This document shows, in pieces, positions 10,229 to 19,951 of a stretch of DNA of 64,000 nt; within the stretch, counting starts at the first letter, position 1, and each line of letters begins with the position of its first letter. The position numbers were made by a program, and so were the translations under genes. The stretch comes from Candidatus Omnitrophota bacterium (GTDB lineage: Bacteria > Omnitrophota > Gorgyraeia > 1-14-0-20-64-10). The notes beneath the pieces are model-generated. The model worked only from the letters and a program-made list of their open reading frames with translations. It did no database searches and was not told where the DNA came from. The DNA is taken from NCBI GenBank assembly GCA_016201735.1, contig JACQCH010000057.1, positions 18 through 64,017 of the forward strand, read 5' to 3'.

Positions 10229-11333
10229 TCACCGCTTTTGCGCCTTCCAGCGCAGATACGCGTCGATGAACAGATCCAGCTCCTCCCCATTCAGCATCGC
10301 CTGGGTTTTCCCGGTTTCCAGATCGGTCCGGTGATCCTTCACCATCTGGTACGGCTGAAGGACATAGGAGCGGATCTGCGACCCCCATTCGATCTTCTGT
10401 TTCTGGGCGTACTGTTTGGCCAGGGCCTCTTCCCGGCGCTTCCGTTCCGCTTCGTAGAGCCGGGCCCGGAGCACCTTCATGGCGGAGGCCTTGTTCTTGT
10501 GCTGGGACCGTTCATTCTGGCACTGGACCACGATCCCCGTCGGAAGATGGGTGATTCGGACGGCGGAGTCGGTGGTGTTGACCCCCTGGCCGCCGGGGCC
10601 GCTGGCCCGGTAGACGTCGATTCGAAGATCCTTTTCCTGAACATCGACTTGGATGTCGTCGGGAATTTCAGGGATCGCATCCACCGCGGCGAACGAGGTG
10701 TGCCGCCGCTTGTTCGAATCAAACGGGGAAATCCGGACGAGGCGATGAACCCCCGATTCTCCCTGGAGAAGCCCGAAGGCATACTCCCCCTGGATCTCGA
10801 CCGTCACCGATTTGATCCCCGCCTCCTCGCCGGCCAGGTAATCCAACACTTGGGATTTAAATCCTTTCGACTCGACCCACCGGCTGTACATCCGGAACAG
10901 CATCGAGACCCAATCGCACGACTCCGTCCCGCCGGCCCCGGCAGTGATCGAGAGGATCGCGTTGTTGGCGTCCACTTCCCCTTGGAAAAGGGTTTTCCGC
11001 TCCAGGGCGGCCACTGCTTTTGAAAGGGCGTCCAACGAATGCTGGAGGTCCTTGACGGAGGCGGCATCGTTCGGATCGACGAGGGCCGCCAGCTCCTGCA
11101 GGGTCTCCATCTCCGCCCAGGCCACCCTCCAAGGTTCCGCGATGGACTTGAACCGCTTCAACTCCTGGATCGTGACGTTGGCCTTGGCCTGATCGTCCCA
11201 GAATCCGGGCGCGGCGAGGGCTTGTTCGAGGACCTTTATCCTGGATTCCGCGGAGTCCAGGTCAAAGATACCTCCGCAGGTTCGAGAGAGTCTCTCGGAG
11301 GTTGGTCAATTGAGTGGCGATGGTATCGAGCAC
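10229..11333 (-). CDS. prfB: Peptide chain release factor 2 with programmed +1 frameshift
   Basis: RF2 signatures SPFDSNKRRHTSFAAV and GGQGVNTTDSAVRITH. The short 0-frame ORF (..ATQLTNLRETLSNLRRYL*) ends in CTT TGA C at 11261-11267 and is preceded by an internal GGAGG. The +1 frame continues GGIFDLDSAESRIKVLEQ... to 10229. Confidence 0.9.
11255..11275 (-). promoter_or_regulatory. prfB: prfB autoregulatory +1 frameshift site (GGAGG-N3-CUU UGA C)
   Basis: Minus-strand sequence ggaggtatCTTTGAC read directly; matches the canonical RF2 recoding site. Confidence 0.85.
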
Positions 11334-11611
11334 GGAAGGATTATACCGTCCGGTGTCTATCGAGGCAAGGGTGACTCAGAGAGAACCGTGAGCGGAATTT
11401 CTTCAGGAGCGATGGTGCTGGTGGCGCCGACGGTGGCGGCGGTCGGACCAGTAAGTCCAAGCAATGCCTGTGAGTCCAACCGCTCCAAGGATGAGATACA
11501 TCGCAATCACGTTGTCCATCCTTAATCTCCTCTCCCATCAAGGGAGTAGCCCCACCTGAAGAAAATCAATGCGATGATCGACCCCAACACAAAAGATACC
11601 ACGTGGAAGGA

Positions 11612-13159
11612 TTACGCGGATCGGCGGCGGGCCAGCTGTTCTTCCAGCCCAACGGCATCGATCTGATCCAGAAGGGCGGCAGGAACCCCCATCGCCGCCA
11701 GGATCAGCCGGAAGGCAGCGTTCATATCCAGGAAGGAGACGGTGATGCTCGGCGGGACGACCCGCTCCAACCGCTGAGCGAGGGCGAGCCAGCCCAGCAC
11801 AGCGACCCGGTCCGCCTCCGGCATCGCGAGCAGGATTGGGATCAACGCGTTCAGATCATCCTTTTCAATCACCCGGACGCCGCGATTCAACTGCCGAAGC
11901 CGCTCGGCCCAGACGGCGCCGACCGCAAAGAAGACCATCCGGTGCAGAAGCTCCGGCGGCGCCCGCTTCACCATCTCCTCCAGCCCGGCCCGCACCTCCA
12001 ACCCCTCCGGCCCGATCACCACCACCCCGGCCCCCTGCGCCCCTTCCGCCAACGCGGCCAGCGCCCCCTCAACGTTTCTCTCCTCCATCCCGGCGGCGGG
12101 AGGAAGATTGGAAACGATCCAGCCATTCTGTCCCCCAACAATCCTCCATCTGCCTTGGCCGTCCACCAACTCAATCTGGACTTGCTGTTCTAGAATCTCA
12201 CTCATGTTCGGAAGCGTCGGACCTTGAAACTCGATTTCGGCAGCACCTCCCGCTGCCGCGATGTTGTCCATCATCTCGCGAAGAAGCTGTCGGTTGTCCT
12301 CCGTAACGTCCACGCCTACTTCCAGCTCGAGGGCCCTCCTACTAGAATCCGCATGATAATGAAAAAAGGCACCTTGCTCGGCGTGCATCGTCAGCAAGCC
12401 ATCCTCAGCCGTGTAAACCAATAGTCTCAGCGGCATGATCTGCCCGTAGGAGAACTTGAATTCTCCGGAGGAAGAGAACTCCGCCTCCGCATCGTAGAGC
12501 ACCTCCGTTCCTCGCAAGATGAGCTTTTGGAGAAGTCCCCGTTCATCCAGTTCCACCTGGAAGACCCCCTCCGAATTGATCCGTTGTTTCAACCTTTGCT
12601 CATAGGCCAGAAACGCCGGCGACACTTCCTCCATCCCGGCGGAGGGATCAGCAGAAAGCGGCTTGACAGGGAACAGGAATCCGATAGGCGCTGCAAAACC
12701 GATAGGCGCGTTTTCCCTTTTGAAGGTAAGCGTGTTGGAAATTCGAACAATCCAGATCTCATCACCTGAAAATTTCTGCAGCACAGCTTGTCCTCTGGGC
12801 GCACGCAGCCAGGCCAGCGGGTCGACGCGAAAGAATCCCTCGAAAGGCCGCCCCTCAAATCCTTCGCCCTGCTTAAGAACAGCTATCCTTTTCTGTTCGA
12901 CTCTCAAAAGAAGGTAGGGTTCGTTGAACGAATGAACGAGAAGGAACATCTGTCCGTTGGCCGCCTCTATGGTGTGCGTTTTCTCAAGTTTTATCGGAGG
13001 CTGCTGCCAGTCGATAGCGTATTCCTCCATCCCGGCGGCAGGTTGGAATCTTTCTTCCAAGGCGGAACGATCGAGTTCAGGGCGAAGAGCCCAGGCAGGG
13101 TTTGGCAAAGCCAGGGTGAAGCAGAGATAAAAAATAACCGCTCGGGGAATCGGTTTCAT
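11612..13159 (-). CDS. Secreted hypothetical protein with three copies of a P-[AS]-A-G-M-E-E motif
   Basis: Signal peptide MKPIPRAVIFYLCFTLALPNPAWA; motif copies PAAGMEEY, SAGMEEV, PAAGMEER; no recognisable catalytic domain. Confidence 0.6.
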   Translation of the reverse strand: MKPIPRAVIFYLCFTLALPNPAWALRPELDRSALEERFQPAAGMEEYAIDWQQPPIKLEKTHTIEAANGQMFLLVHSFNEPYLLLRVEQKRIAVLKQGEGFEGRPFEGFFRVDPLAWLRAPRGQAVLQKFSGDEIWIVRISNTLTFKRENAPIGFAAPIGFLFPVKPLSADPSAGMEEVSPAFLAYEQRLKQRINSEGVFQVELDERGLLQKLILRGTEVLYDAEAEFSSSGEFKFSYGQIMPLRLLVYTAEDGLLTMHAEQGAFFHYHADSSRRALELEVGVDVTEDNRQLLREMMDNIAAAGGAAEIEFQGPTLPNMSEILEQQVQIELVDGQGRWRIVGGQNGWIVSNLPPAAGMEERNVEGALAALAEGAQGAGVVVIGPEGLEVRAGLEEMVKRAPPELLHRMVFFAVGAVWAERLRQLNRGVRVIEKDDLNALIPILLAMPEADRVAVLGWLALAQRLERVVPPSITVSFLDMNAAFRLILAAMGVPAALLDQIDAVGLEEQLARRRSA

Positions 13160-13196
13160 GGTTTGTCTTTTGAAGAAAGCATACCAGAAATTCAGA

Positions 13197-13493
13197 TCAG
13201 CCGAGAACTTTTTCTTGGCGGAGGAGCCGGCGCTTGGCGGCCAGGCCGCCGGCGGCGGAATAGCCGCCGAGGGAACCGTCGCTGGCCACGACCCGGTGAC
13301 AGGGAATCTTGGGCGCCCAGCGGTTCCGCTTCAAGGCCTGCCCGACGGCCCGGGCTGCTTTCGGCTTACCGATCATCCGGGCGACCTCGGCGTAGGTGCG
13401 CACCTGCCCTCTCGGAATCCGCAAGATGGCCTCGTATACCTTCCGCTGGAAGGGAGTCGTGTAGAGTTTCCAATCCGTTCGATCTCCCTTCAT
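13197..13493 (-). CDS. ogt: Methylated-DNA--protein-cysteine methyltransferase DNA-binding/active-site domain protein (Ogt-like, 98 aa)
   Basis: PCHRVV active-site motif plus HTH (TYAEVARMIGKPKAARAVGQA); start overlaps vapC stop. Confidence 0.75.
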   Translation of the reverse strand: MKGDRTDWKLYTTPFQRKVYEAILRIPRGQVRTYAEVARMIGKPKAARAVGQALKRNRWAPKIPCHRVVASDGSLGGYSAAGGLAAKRRLLRQEKVLG

Positions 13494-13906
13494 GATCTCA
13501 CCTGTTTTAGGTGCAACACATGAGGAACCCCTTTAAGCTGGGAAAGGAGCCGTTCATCAGCCGTAATGAAACGGCAACGCAGTACTTCGGCTAAAACAAC
13601 GTAGCAGGCGTCGTAACCTGAAATTCCATGGCGACGCGAAATCTCAATGGCCCGGGTGAATTGGGGCGCCTCAAACGGGTAGATCTGGACTTCGGAGGCG
13701 TGAATTTCTCGGAAGAAATCGGCTGCCCTGTTTGTATCCGGCCACCTTCGAGGCAAAACGTTCGCAATTTCATACCACAACAGCTCCGGAGCCGTGATGG
13801 ATTCCGTTCCAGAAAGATGCCTTTGCCTTAAAGCCAAAGCCGCTTTGCGGTCCAACTCGTCAGGAAGAACCCACTTCAAGATCACCGAGGCGTCGACAAC
13901 AATCAT
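13490..13906 (-). CDS. vapC: PIN-domain toxin VapC
   Basis: MIVVDASVILKW... with acidic PIN residues (D5, E, D, D); 4-bp overlap with upstream antitoxin. Confidence 0.8.
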   Translation of the reverse strand: MIVVDASVILKWVLPDELDRKAALALRQRHLSGTESITAPELLWYEIANVLPRRWPDTNRAADFFREIHASEVQIYPFEAPQFTRAIEISRRHGISGYDACYVVLAEVLRCRFITADERLLSQLKGVPHVLHLKQVRS

Positions 13907-14184
13907 CGACTGTCTCGAAGCTTTCGGATCAGCGTCACCGCGTCGGGTCCCTTTTTCAAATACTTTGCGTTTCGCTCTACCAGCTCATCCATGCGGCGGG
14001 CGACTTCTGTCAGCCGCTTTCGACGCGCCTCTTGGTTCGTCCGCGCCTCATACACAGCGTAAGGCTCCATGACAACCATGGGGCGATTGGCCCGCGTGAT
14101 GGCAATGGGTTCCTTCCCTTTGGCGACCTCATCCAGAATCAAGCCAAACTGCTTCCTAACCGTCAGTGCCGACACCATCTTCAT
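13903..14184 (-). CDS. Phd/YefM-family antitoxin
   Basis: 93 aa; MKMVSALTVRKQFGLILDEVAKGKEPIAITRANRPMVVMEP is a typical Phd/YefM N-terminus; SD GGGAGGTGA. Confidence 0.75.
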   Translation of the reverse strand: MKMVSALTVRKQFGLILDEVAKGKEPIAITRANRPMVVMEPYAVYEARTNQEARRKRLTEVARRMDELVERNAKYLKKGPDAVTLIRKLRDSR

Positions 14185-14187
14185 GGT

Positions 14188-14228
14188 TTCTCACCTCCCT
14201 TAACTATAGTATAGCATATGATATACTA
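14188..14228 (-). promoter_or_regulatory. Promoter/operator of the phd-vapC-ogt operon with perfect inverted repeat
   Basis: TATAGTATA-gcatatga-TATACTATA palindrome in an AT-rich stretch immediately upstream of the antitoxin start, overlapping -10-like hexamers. Confidence 0.55.
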
Positions 14229-14239
14229 TATATCAGTAG

Positions 14240-15691
14240 TCATCGCTTCAGGCGCTGGTGGAGCCGCTGAGCGAGCATCTGGGAGATCCCCCGCACCTGG
14301 GTGAGATCCTCGATGGGGGCCCGGCGGATCGCCTCGACGGAACCGAACTGAACCAGGAGATCCTGCCTCCGGCGGGGGCCAATGCCGGGGATCTCATCGA
14401 GCGCGGAACGAAGAGCCTGTTTCCCCCGCAGGAGCCGGTGGTAGCCGATCGCGAACCGGTGGGCTTCATCCCGCAACCGCTGGATGATCTGCAGCGCCTT
14501 GGATTGGGGCGGCAGGAGGATCGGCTCCTTCTGGCTGCGGCTAGCGGAAGCCGCACCACTTGTAATCTCTGAGTCGTGCGCGGGGAGGAACAGCTCCTCG
14601 AACTCCTTGGCGATCCCAATCGCGGGCAAATTCAATTTCAGTTCTCCGAGAACCTCGAGAGCGGCGTTCAAATGCCCCTTGCCCCCGTCGATCACCACCA
14701 GATCCGGAACATCGGTACCGGCGGCGCGGTACCGGCGGCGGACGATTTCCCGCATCATCGCGTAGTCGTCGATCCCGGCAACGGTCTTGATCTTGAACCG
14801 CCGGTAGCCGTCCTTCCACGGTTTTCCGTCGACGAAAGTGACCATCGAGCCGACCGGCTCCCGGCCGTAGATGTTGGAGACATCAAACGCCTCGATCCTC
14901 CGAGGAAACTTCGGCAGCCGCAGGATCGACTGCAGATCCGCCAGCGCCTCGGATGGAATCAGCCGGCGGGGGCGGACGGTCAGTTGAATCAGCCCGGAGA
15001 CTTGATCCCGGAATTTCGCCGCCTCTTCGTACCGGCGGGCCTTGGAGGCCTCCTGCATCTTCCCCTCAAACTCTTTCAACACCTCCCCTTTCCTCCCCTC
15101 CATCAGGCGGATGATCCGGGACAGATTTTCCTGGTACGCCTCCTGCCCGATCTTCCCCTCGCAGGGAGCCGGGCAGAGCTTCAAGTAATAATCGAGGCAG
15201 GCCCGTTTCGGCAGGGTCCGGCAGGTCCGGAACGGGATGATCTGCCGGATCGCAAGAAAAGCCTGCTTCAAAAGGGTCGCGTTGGCGAACGGGCCGATCG
15301 ACTTGACACCCGGTTCCTGGCCCCGCCCGATGAACAGCCGGGGAAACGGTTCTTCCCCGGTGACCTTGATGAACGGATACGACTTGTCATCCCGGAGGGA
15401 AACGTTGTACTTGGGCTGTTTTTCCTTGATGAGACTGGATTCGTAGAGAAGGGCTTCCGCCTCGGAACCGGTGACGATCCAATCCAGGTCGGCGGTTTTC
15501 TGTATCAGCCAGGAGATTCTTGCTCCGTGCGGGCGGGTCGGCTGGAAATAGCTGGAGACCCGCTTGCGCAGGGAGACGGCCTTCCCGACGTAGAGGACCT
15601 GCCCCTGGGCATCCTTGAACAGATAGACCCCCGGGCGGTCGGGGACCTGCTTTAATTTCTCTTGAAGGCGCGGCTTTTCGTCAGAAACCAT
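14240..15691 (-). CDS. uvrC: Excinuclease ABC subunit C
   Basis: GIY-YIG N-terminus (PGVYLFKDAQGQVLYVGKA), UvrBC domain and C-terminal HhH. The annotated ORF carries a spurious 154-aa N-terminal extension; true start MVSDEK at 15691. Confidence 0.9.
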   Translation of the reverse strand: MVSDEKPRLQEKLKQVPDRPGVYLFKDAQGQVLYVGKAVSLRKRVSSYFQPTRPHGARISWLIQKTADLDWIVTGSEAEALLYESSLIKEKQPKYNVSLRDDKSYPFIKVTGEEPFPRLFIGRGQEPGVKSIGPFANATLLKQAFLAIRQIIPFRTCRTLPKRACLDYYLKLCPAPCEGKIGQEAYQENLSRIIRLMEGRKGEVLKEFEGKMQEASKARRYEEAAKFRDQVSGLIQLTVRPRRLIPSEALADLQSILRLPKFPRRIEAFDVSNIYGREPVGSMVTFVDGKPWKDGYRRFKIKTVAGIDDYAMMREIVRRRYRAAGTDVPDLVVIDGGKGHLNAALEVLGELKLNLPAIGIAKEFEELFLPAHDSEITSGAASASRSQKEPILLPPQSKALQIIQRLRDEAHRFAIGYHRLLRGKQALRSALDEIPGIGPRRRQDLLVQFGSVEAIRRAPIEDLTQVRGISQMLAQRLHQRLKR

Positions 15692-17184
15692 CCAACCATT
15701 TGGCCGATCTCTTCCACTCCGAGAAGCAGCCCGAATCCAAAAAAACTGGCAACTCCGCAGCCCACGGCAACGAGCAGCCACGGGACGGCCGCCCACGGAC
15801 CGATGCTTCCGAACGTCCGGATCCCGACGACCCAGACCCCCTGAGCCGTCAGCCCCATCCCGACGGAAGCAGCGACGATCCGGGACACCCAGATCCACAC
15901 CCGCCCATCGAAGGGGCCGATCCGCCGCCGGACCGCCAAGTACAGTTGAATGCTGTTCAATGTCGAACTGACCGATGTGGCCAGGGCAAGCCCGGCCAGC
16001 TTCATCGGCCAGACGAGCAGAAAATTTAAGATCACGTTCGCCGCCAGGGCGGCCGCCGCCGAGCGGACCGGCGTCCAGGTGTCGTGCAGGGCGTAGAGGG
16101 TGTTGGCCAGCACCTTGACCGCGCACATCGAGGCCAGCCCCAGCGCGTACCACTGCAGGGTTCTTACCGTCGTCGCCGTCGCCTCCGGGGAGAAAGCGCC
16201 CCGCTCGAGCAGGGTCTGGACGATCGGGTATCCTAAGAACACCAACCCCACGCTCGCCGGGATCGCGATCAACAGAGAGGAACGCAGCGCCATCCCGCAG
16301 GTCTCTCTCATGGCATCCAGATCCTTCTCCGCCGCCTGCCTCGACAAGGTGGGCAGGGCGGCCTGGGCCATTGAAATCCCGAACAGGGCCATGGGGAGCT
16401 GGAGAAACCGGTGGGCGAAATACAAGGCGGCGATTCCGCCGGCTCCCACCAACTGCGAAAAGGAGGCGAAGATCGTGTCGACGAGCACACTCACCTGGTA
16501 GACCCCGGTGCCGATGAGACGAGGGAAAAGCAGCCGGCGGATCTGCCCGACCCCAGGATTCTTCTCAAAACTGAATCGAAATCTTACCCCGGCCTTTCTT
16601 AAGAGAGGAACCTGAACCGCCAACTGGATCACTCCGCCGGCGATCACCCCCCAGGCCAGCCCCACCGCGTCCGGCCGCCAAAGGAAAAGGCCGCCGATCA
16701 TGCAGAGGTTTAGGATCGCGGGGCCCACGCTCGGCAGGGCAAAATGATGGATGCTGTTTAACAGCCCCATGAAGAAAGCAGAAAGCCCGACCAGCCCGAT
16801 GAAAGGGAACAGGATCCGGGTCAGCCGGGTCGTCAGCCCCACCAACTGGGGATCGGCGTGAAAACCGGGCGCCACCAGCGTGACCAGCCACGGAGCCGCG
16901 ACGACCCCGATGATCGACACCCCGAAGAACCCGATCAAGGCCTGGCTCCAGACCGCCTGAGCCAGTTTTGCCCAGGCGGCTTCCCCGCCGAGCATCCGGG
17001 TGCGGCTGAAGACCGGAACGAAAGCGGCGTTGGCCGCCCCCTCGCCCGATAAATCCCGAAGAAGGTTCGGGATCCGGAAGGCGACGACGAAGGCCTGGGC
17101 CGGCGCGGAAGTCCCGTAGGCCGCCGCGATCAGCGCGTCCCGGACGAATCCCAGGATCCGGCTTAAGGCCGTAAAGCCCCCCAT
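15652..17184 (-). CDS. murJ: Lipid II flippase MurJ (MviN)
   Basis: 14-TM MOP flippase; N-terminus MGGFTALSRILGFVRDALIAAAYG matches the MurJ consensus. Confidence 0.85.
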   Translation of the reverse strand: MGGFTALSRILGFVRDALIAAAYGTSAPAQAFVVAFRIPNLLRDLSGEGAANAAFVPVFSRTRMLGGEAAWAKLAQAVWSQALIGFFGVSIIGVVAAPWLVTLVAPGFHADPQLVGLTTRLTRILFPFIGLVGLSAFFMGLLNSIHHFALPSVGPAILNLCMIGGLFLWRPDAVGLAWGVIAGGVIQLAVQVPLLRKAGVRFRFSFEKNPGVGQIRRLLFPRLIGTGVYQVSVLVDTIFASFSQLVGAGGIAALYFAHRFLQLPMALFGISMAQAALPTLSRQAAEKDLDAMRETCGMALRSSLLIAIPASVGLVFLGYPIVQTLLERGAFSPEATATTVRTLQWYALGLASMCAVKVLANTLYALHDTWTPVRSAAAALAANVILNFLLVWPMKLAGLALATSVSSTLNSIQLYLAVRRRIGPFDGRVWIWVSRIVAASVGMGLTAQGVWVVGIRTFGSIGPWAAVPWLLVAVGCGVASFFGFGLLLGVEEIGQMVGWFLTKSRAFKRN

Positions 17185-17279
17185 CACCCCGGCCGCTCTA
17201 AAAATCCGCGATGGGGGATGCGTTGAAGAACTGCTTTCTGTTGACAGGGATGGATTCATTGTGCTACCTTTCAACCACC

Positions 17280-17555
17280 ATGCCAATCACTCGCTCAGCG
17301 GCAAAACGGGTGCGGGCCGACCGGAAACGGCACCTGTGGAACCTCGAGATCAAATCGGAACTCAAGACCCTGACTCGGAATTTCCTGAAGTCAATCAAGG
17401 AAGGAGGCGCCGATAAAGCCCGGAGCGCCCTGGGGACTCTTCTCAAGCGGCTGGACCAGGCCGCCAGCAAGAAAACCATTCATCGGAACACCGCTTCCCG
17501 CTTAAAAAGCCGACTGAGCCGCCGTTTTTCCAAGCTCACCAAGTCTGCTTCTTAA
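17280..17555 (+). CDS. rpsT: 30S ribosomal protein S20
   Basis: MPITRSAAKRVRADRKRH...IHRNTASRLKSRLS; divergent from murJ. Confidence 0.85.
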   Translation: MPITRSAAKRVRADRKRHLWNLEIKSELKTLTRNFLKSIKEGGADKARSALGTLLKRLDQAASKKTIHRNTASRLKSRLSRRFSKLTKSAS

Positions 17556-18403
17556 CTTCCAAGCCGCAGCAGCAGCTGATCCGCCAGGAACTCCGGCGCC
17601 GGGTGTCCCAATTTCAGATCCACCTCCGCCTGGAGAAGCTGTTCCATCGCTTCCTGAATCCGGAGGGTCGGCTTTCGCTTCCACGCCGTCCGGTAATACC
17701 AACCCAGCGCTCCCATGAACTGTTCGATCGTCAGATGCCCCTGCGCGATCGCCTGTTTGAGTTTCATCATGGCCGGACCCGGCTGCCCCGCCGCCGCGGT
17801 GTCCAAAAGTTCAAAGACAGTTTCCCTGATCGATGGAACGATCAACCCCTCGACGTGGGCCTTGGTGATTTTTTCCGGTAACCCGGCAAAGAGGGTTAAG
17901 CCCTCCACCGCCTGGGCCAACGACTGGAGCCCGTTCCCCAAACGCCGGATCAAAAGAGCCGCCGCTTCCGGTTCGATCCCGGCGCCGGCGGCTACGGCTT
18001 GAGCGGCCACCCAATTTTCCAATTCCCTTCCTTTCAACGGCTGACACCAGAGAATTTCGGCTCGGCCTAGAACACCCTCCCCCGCCCGCTCCCCGCAGAG
18101 GAGAAGACAGCTTCTGCCGGGGGGATGGACGAGGAGATCGGACAGCCAAGGGATGGACTTCTCCTCCAATTGAGTGAATCCTTGAACGACCACCAGACGG
18201 GCCGGGGATCCGAACGGAAGGGTCCGGACCGCTTCCAGGATCATCCGGGGATCGGTCGGAGGGTCTAAGAAGAGGGTGACGTCCATCTCCTCAAAACCGG
18301 GGGAGACCCATTCCTTCTTAAGGCGCTGAATCGCCTGCTCCCGCAGCCATTTCTCCGGGCCGATGCAGAAGAGGACCGGGGGCGGGTGGTTACCAGTCTT
18401 CAA
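17552..18403 (-). CDS. holA: DNA polymerase III delta subunit
   Basis: 283 aa with a delta-subunit-like N-terminal fold; conserved lptE-holA gene order as in the leuS-lptE-holA arrangement. Confidence 0.7.
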   Translation of the reverse strand: MKTGNHPPPVLFCIGPEKWLREQAIQRLKKEWVSPGFEEMDVTLFLDPPTDPRMILEAVRTLPFGSPARLVVVQGFTQLEEKSIPWLSDLLVHPPGRSCLLLCGERAGEGVLGRAEILWCQPLKGRELENWVAAQAVAAGAGIEPEAAALLIRRLGNGLQSLAQAVEGLTLFAGLPEKITKAHVEGLIVPSIRETVFELLDTAAAGQPGPAMMKLKQAIAQGHLTIEQFMGALGWYYRTAWKRKPTLRIQEAMEQLLQAEVDLKLGHPAPEFLADQLLLRLGS

Positions 18404-18977
18404 TGATCCGCTCCACCACGCGCTTGGAAAAATCGGTCATCAGCTTCGTCACGGCGGACGACTCGCTCACCGCGGAGCTCCCGGCGGCAAGGTAGGTGGT
18501 GTCTCCGATAAAGCTGGGTTCCGAAAAAATCAGTTTCCCGGAGCGGTCCCGGAGGTTCAGGGAAGCGACGAGGTTCAGCCGGTACTCCTCGACGGTGTTG
18601 TCCGGCAGGCGCTTGAGCGCCTGCCGGAAGAAATCCAGCAGTTTCCCATCGAGGATAAGGTCCGCTTCCTCCCGTTTGGTCGTCACCCTCAGGTTCCCGT
18701 CGATCAGGAACTGGCTGATCAGCTCCCGGGTCACGGTTTCTTCCAGCGCCGGCAGGGTGGTCGTCAGGCCGGTCCGCTCGTCGGGCTCCTTGGTGAACTG
18801 GATCCCGTTCCGGAACGGCTCAATGTAGATGGCCCGGTAATTGCTCGGAAGAAGCCGCGTCGTCGAGTAGCCGCACCCGGCAACGACCGCCAGGAAACAA
18901 ACAACGGCAACCGTTGCCGTTCGCCCTGAGCCCCCGATCAAGTCGGGGGCAGGCTCCGTCGAAGGGCGAACGGTCAT
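18390..18977 (-). CDS. lptE: LptE-like LPS-assembly lipoprotein
   Basis: Lipobox VVAGCGY; ~190 aa; sits immediately upstream of holA. Confidence 0.5.
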   Translation of the reverse strand: MTVRPSTEPAPDLIGGSGRTATVAVVCFLAVVAGCGYSTTRLLPSNYRAIYIEPFRNGIQFTKEPDERTGLTTTLPALEETVTRELISQFLIDGNLRVTTKREEADLILDGKLLDFFRQALKRLPDNTVEEYRLNLVASLNLRDRSGKLIFSEPSFIGDTTYLAAGSSAVSESSAVTKLMTDFSKRVVERIIEDW

Positions 18978-19951
18978 TGCTTCGCTCCCCCAGCCGGCTC
19001 CAGCTCGGCGATCTTGGCGACGGCCTGCGCCGCCTCGGTGGAATCCGGATACTCCTTAAGGATCTGCCGGTAATAGAAGAGGGCGCTCTCTTTCTTTCCC
19101 TGGATTTCATAGAAATGAGCCGTCTGGCTTAAGCCCTGGGCCTTAAACCCCTTCAGATGGGCGAGACTCTCCTTCGCCTCGGGAATCAGTTCACTCTCCG
19201 GATGGGTGGAGATGAAGGTCTCGTACCAGTTGATCGCTTCATCCGTGGCCGATTGGTCGTAGCTGGGTTTCAAGGACATCTGATACGCGCAGAACGCCAC
19301 GTTGTATTTGGCCTGCTCCGCGAAGAGGGAATTCGGGTACTCGTCCAGCACCTTCTGGAAAGCCCGGCTGGCCTCCTCAAACCGTTTCTGCTTCCGGTAA
19401 CATTCCCCCAGCCGGAACTGAGCTTGCGCTCCGTAATCCCCGTAGGGGGCCTGACTGACGATGTGCTCGTACACCTCAATCGCCTTATCCAAAGAAGGAA
19501 AGCTCACCGGCCCGATGAGCCGGAGCCGCTTGCCGGAAAAGAACAACTCCCCGATCGCGAACTCCCGTTCAGTCGCATCCTTGAACCGGGCGGAAAAAGG
19601 ATAGATCTCCACCAGCTTTTTGTAGGCGCCGAACGCCTCCGCCGGCCGATCCATCATCTCATAGGAGACCCCGGTCAAATATTGGGCCTCGGGGGCCAGC
19701 TCGGAGCGGGGATAGGTTTTCACCAACCGGACAAACTCCTTCATCGCCCTGGCGTACTCCTTCGTCTCAAAGAAACCGACCGCCCAATCCATCTGCGCGC
19801 GGGGGGTGTCTTTCGCCGTGTATTTGGGGTTGACCCATCGGCGGGTCTGGGGGGTCCAGATCCAAGCCGCCGCCGCCGTCGGTGGGAAAACCGCTCCGGC
19901 CGCAAGCGCCCCGCTTAGAAAGAAAGGGAAGAATCGCCAGCCGTTTTTCAC
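18974..19951 (-). CDS. TPR-repeat outer-membrane assembly lipoprotein (BamD/YfiO-like)
   Basis: Signal peptide, multiple TPR-like repeats (AQYLTGVSYEMM, AQFRLGECYRKQ, AKYNVAFCAYQM). Confidence 0.55.
   Translation of the reverse strand: MKNGWRFFPFFLSGALAAGAVFPPTAAAAWIWTPQTRRWVNPKYTAKDTPRAQMDWAVGFFETKEYARAMKEFVRLVKTYPRSELAPEAQYLTGVSYEMMDRPAEAFGAYKKLVEIYPFSARFKDATEREFAIGELFFSGKRLRLIGPVSFPSLDKAIEVYEHIVSQAPYGDYGAQAQFRLGECYRKQKRFEEASRAFQKVLDEYPNSLFAEQAKYNVAFCAYQMSLKPSYDQSATDEAINWYETFISTHPESELIPEAKESLAHLKGFKAQGLSQTAHFYEIQGKKESALFYYRQILKEYPDSTEAAQAVAKIAELEPAGGAKQ

Noticed and set aside
11341-11541. 66-aa minus-strand ORF listed in the ORF track between prfB and the AGMEE protein
   Set aside because: It has Pro/Arg-rich nonsense composition and no RBS. 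The 38-aa single-TM ORF in a different frame with a proper SD is the more credible small gene there.
15692-16153. 154-aa N-terminal extension of the uvrC ORF
   Set aside because: The extension has Gly/Arg-rich nonsense composition and overlaps murJ. UvrC homology begins at MVSDEK (15691), so the true start is internal.
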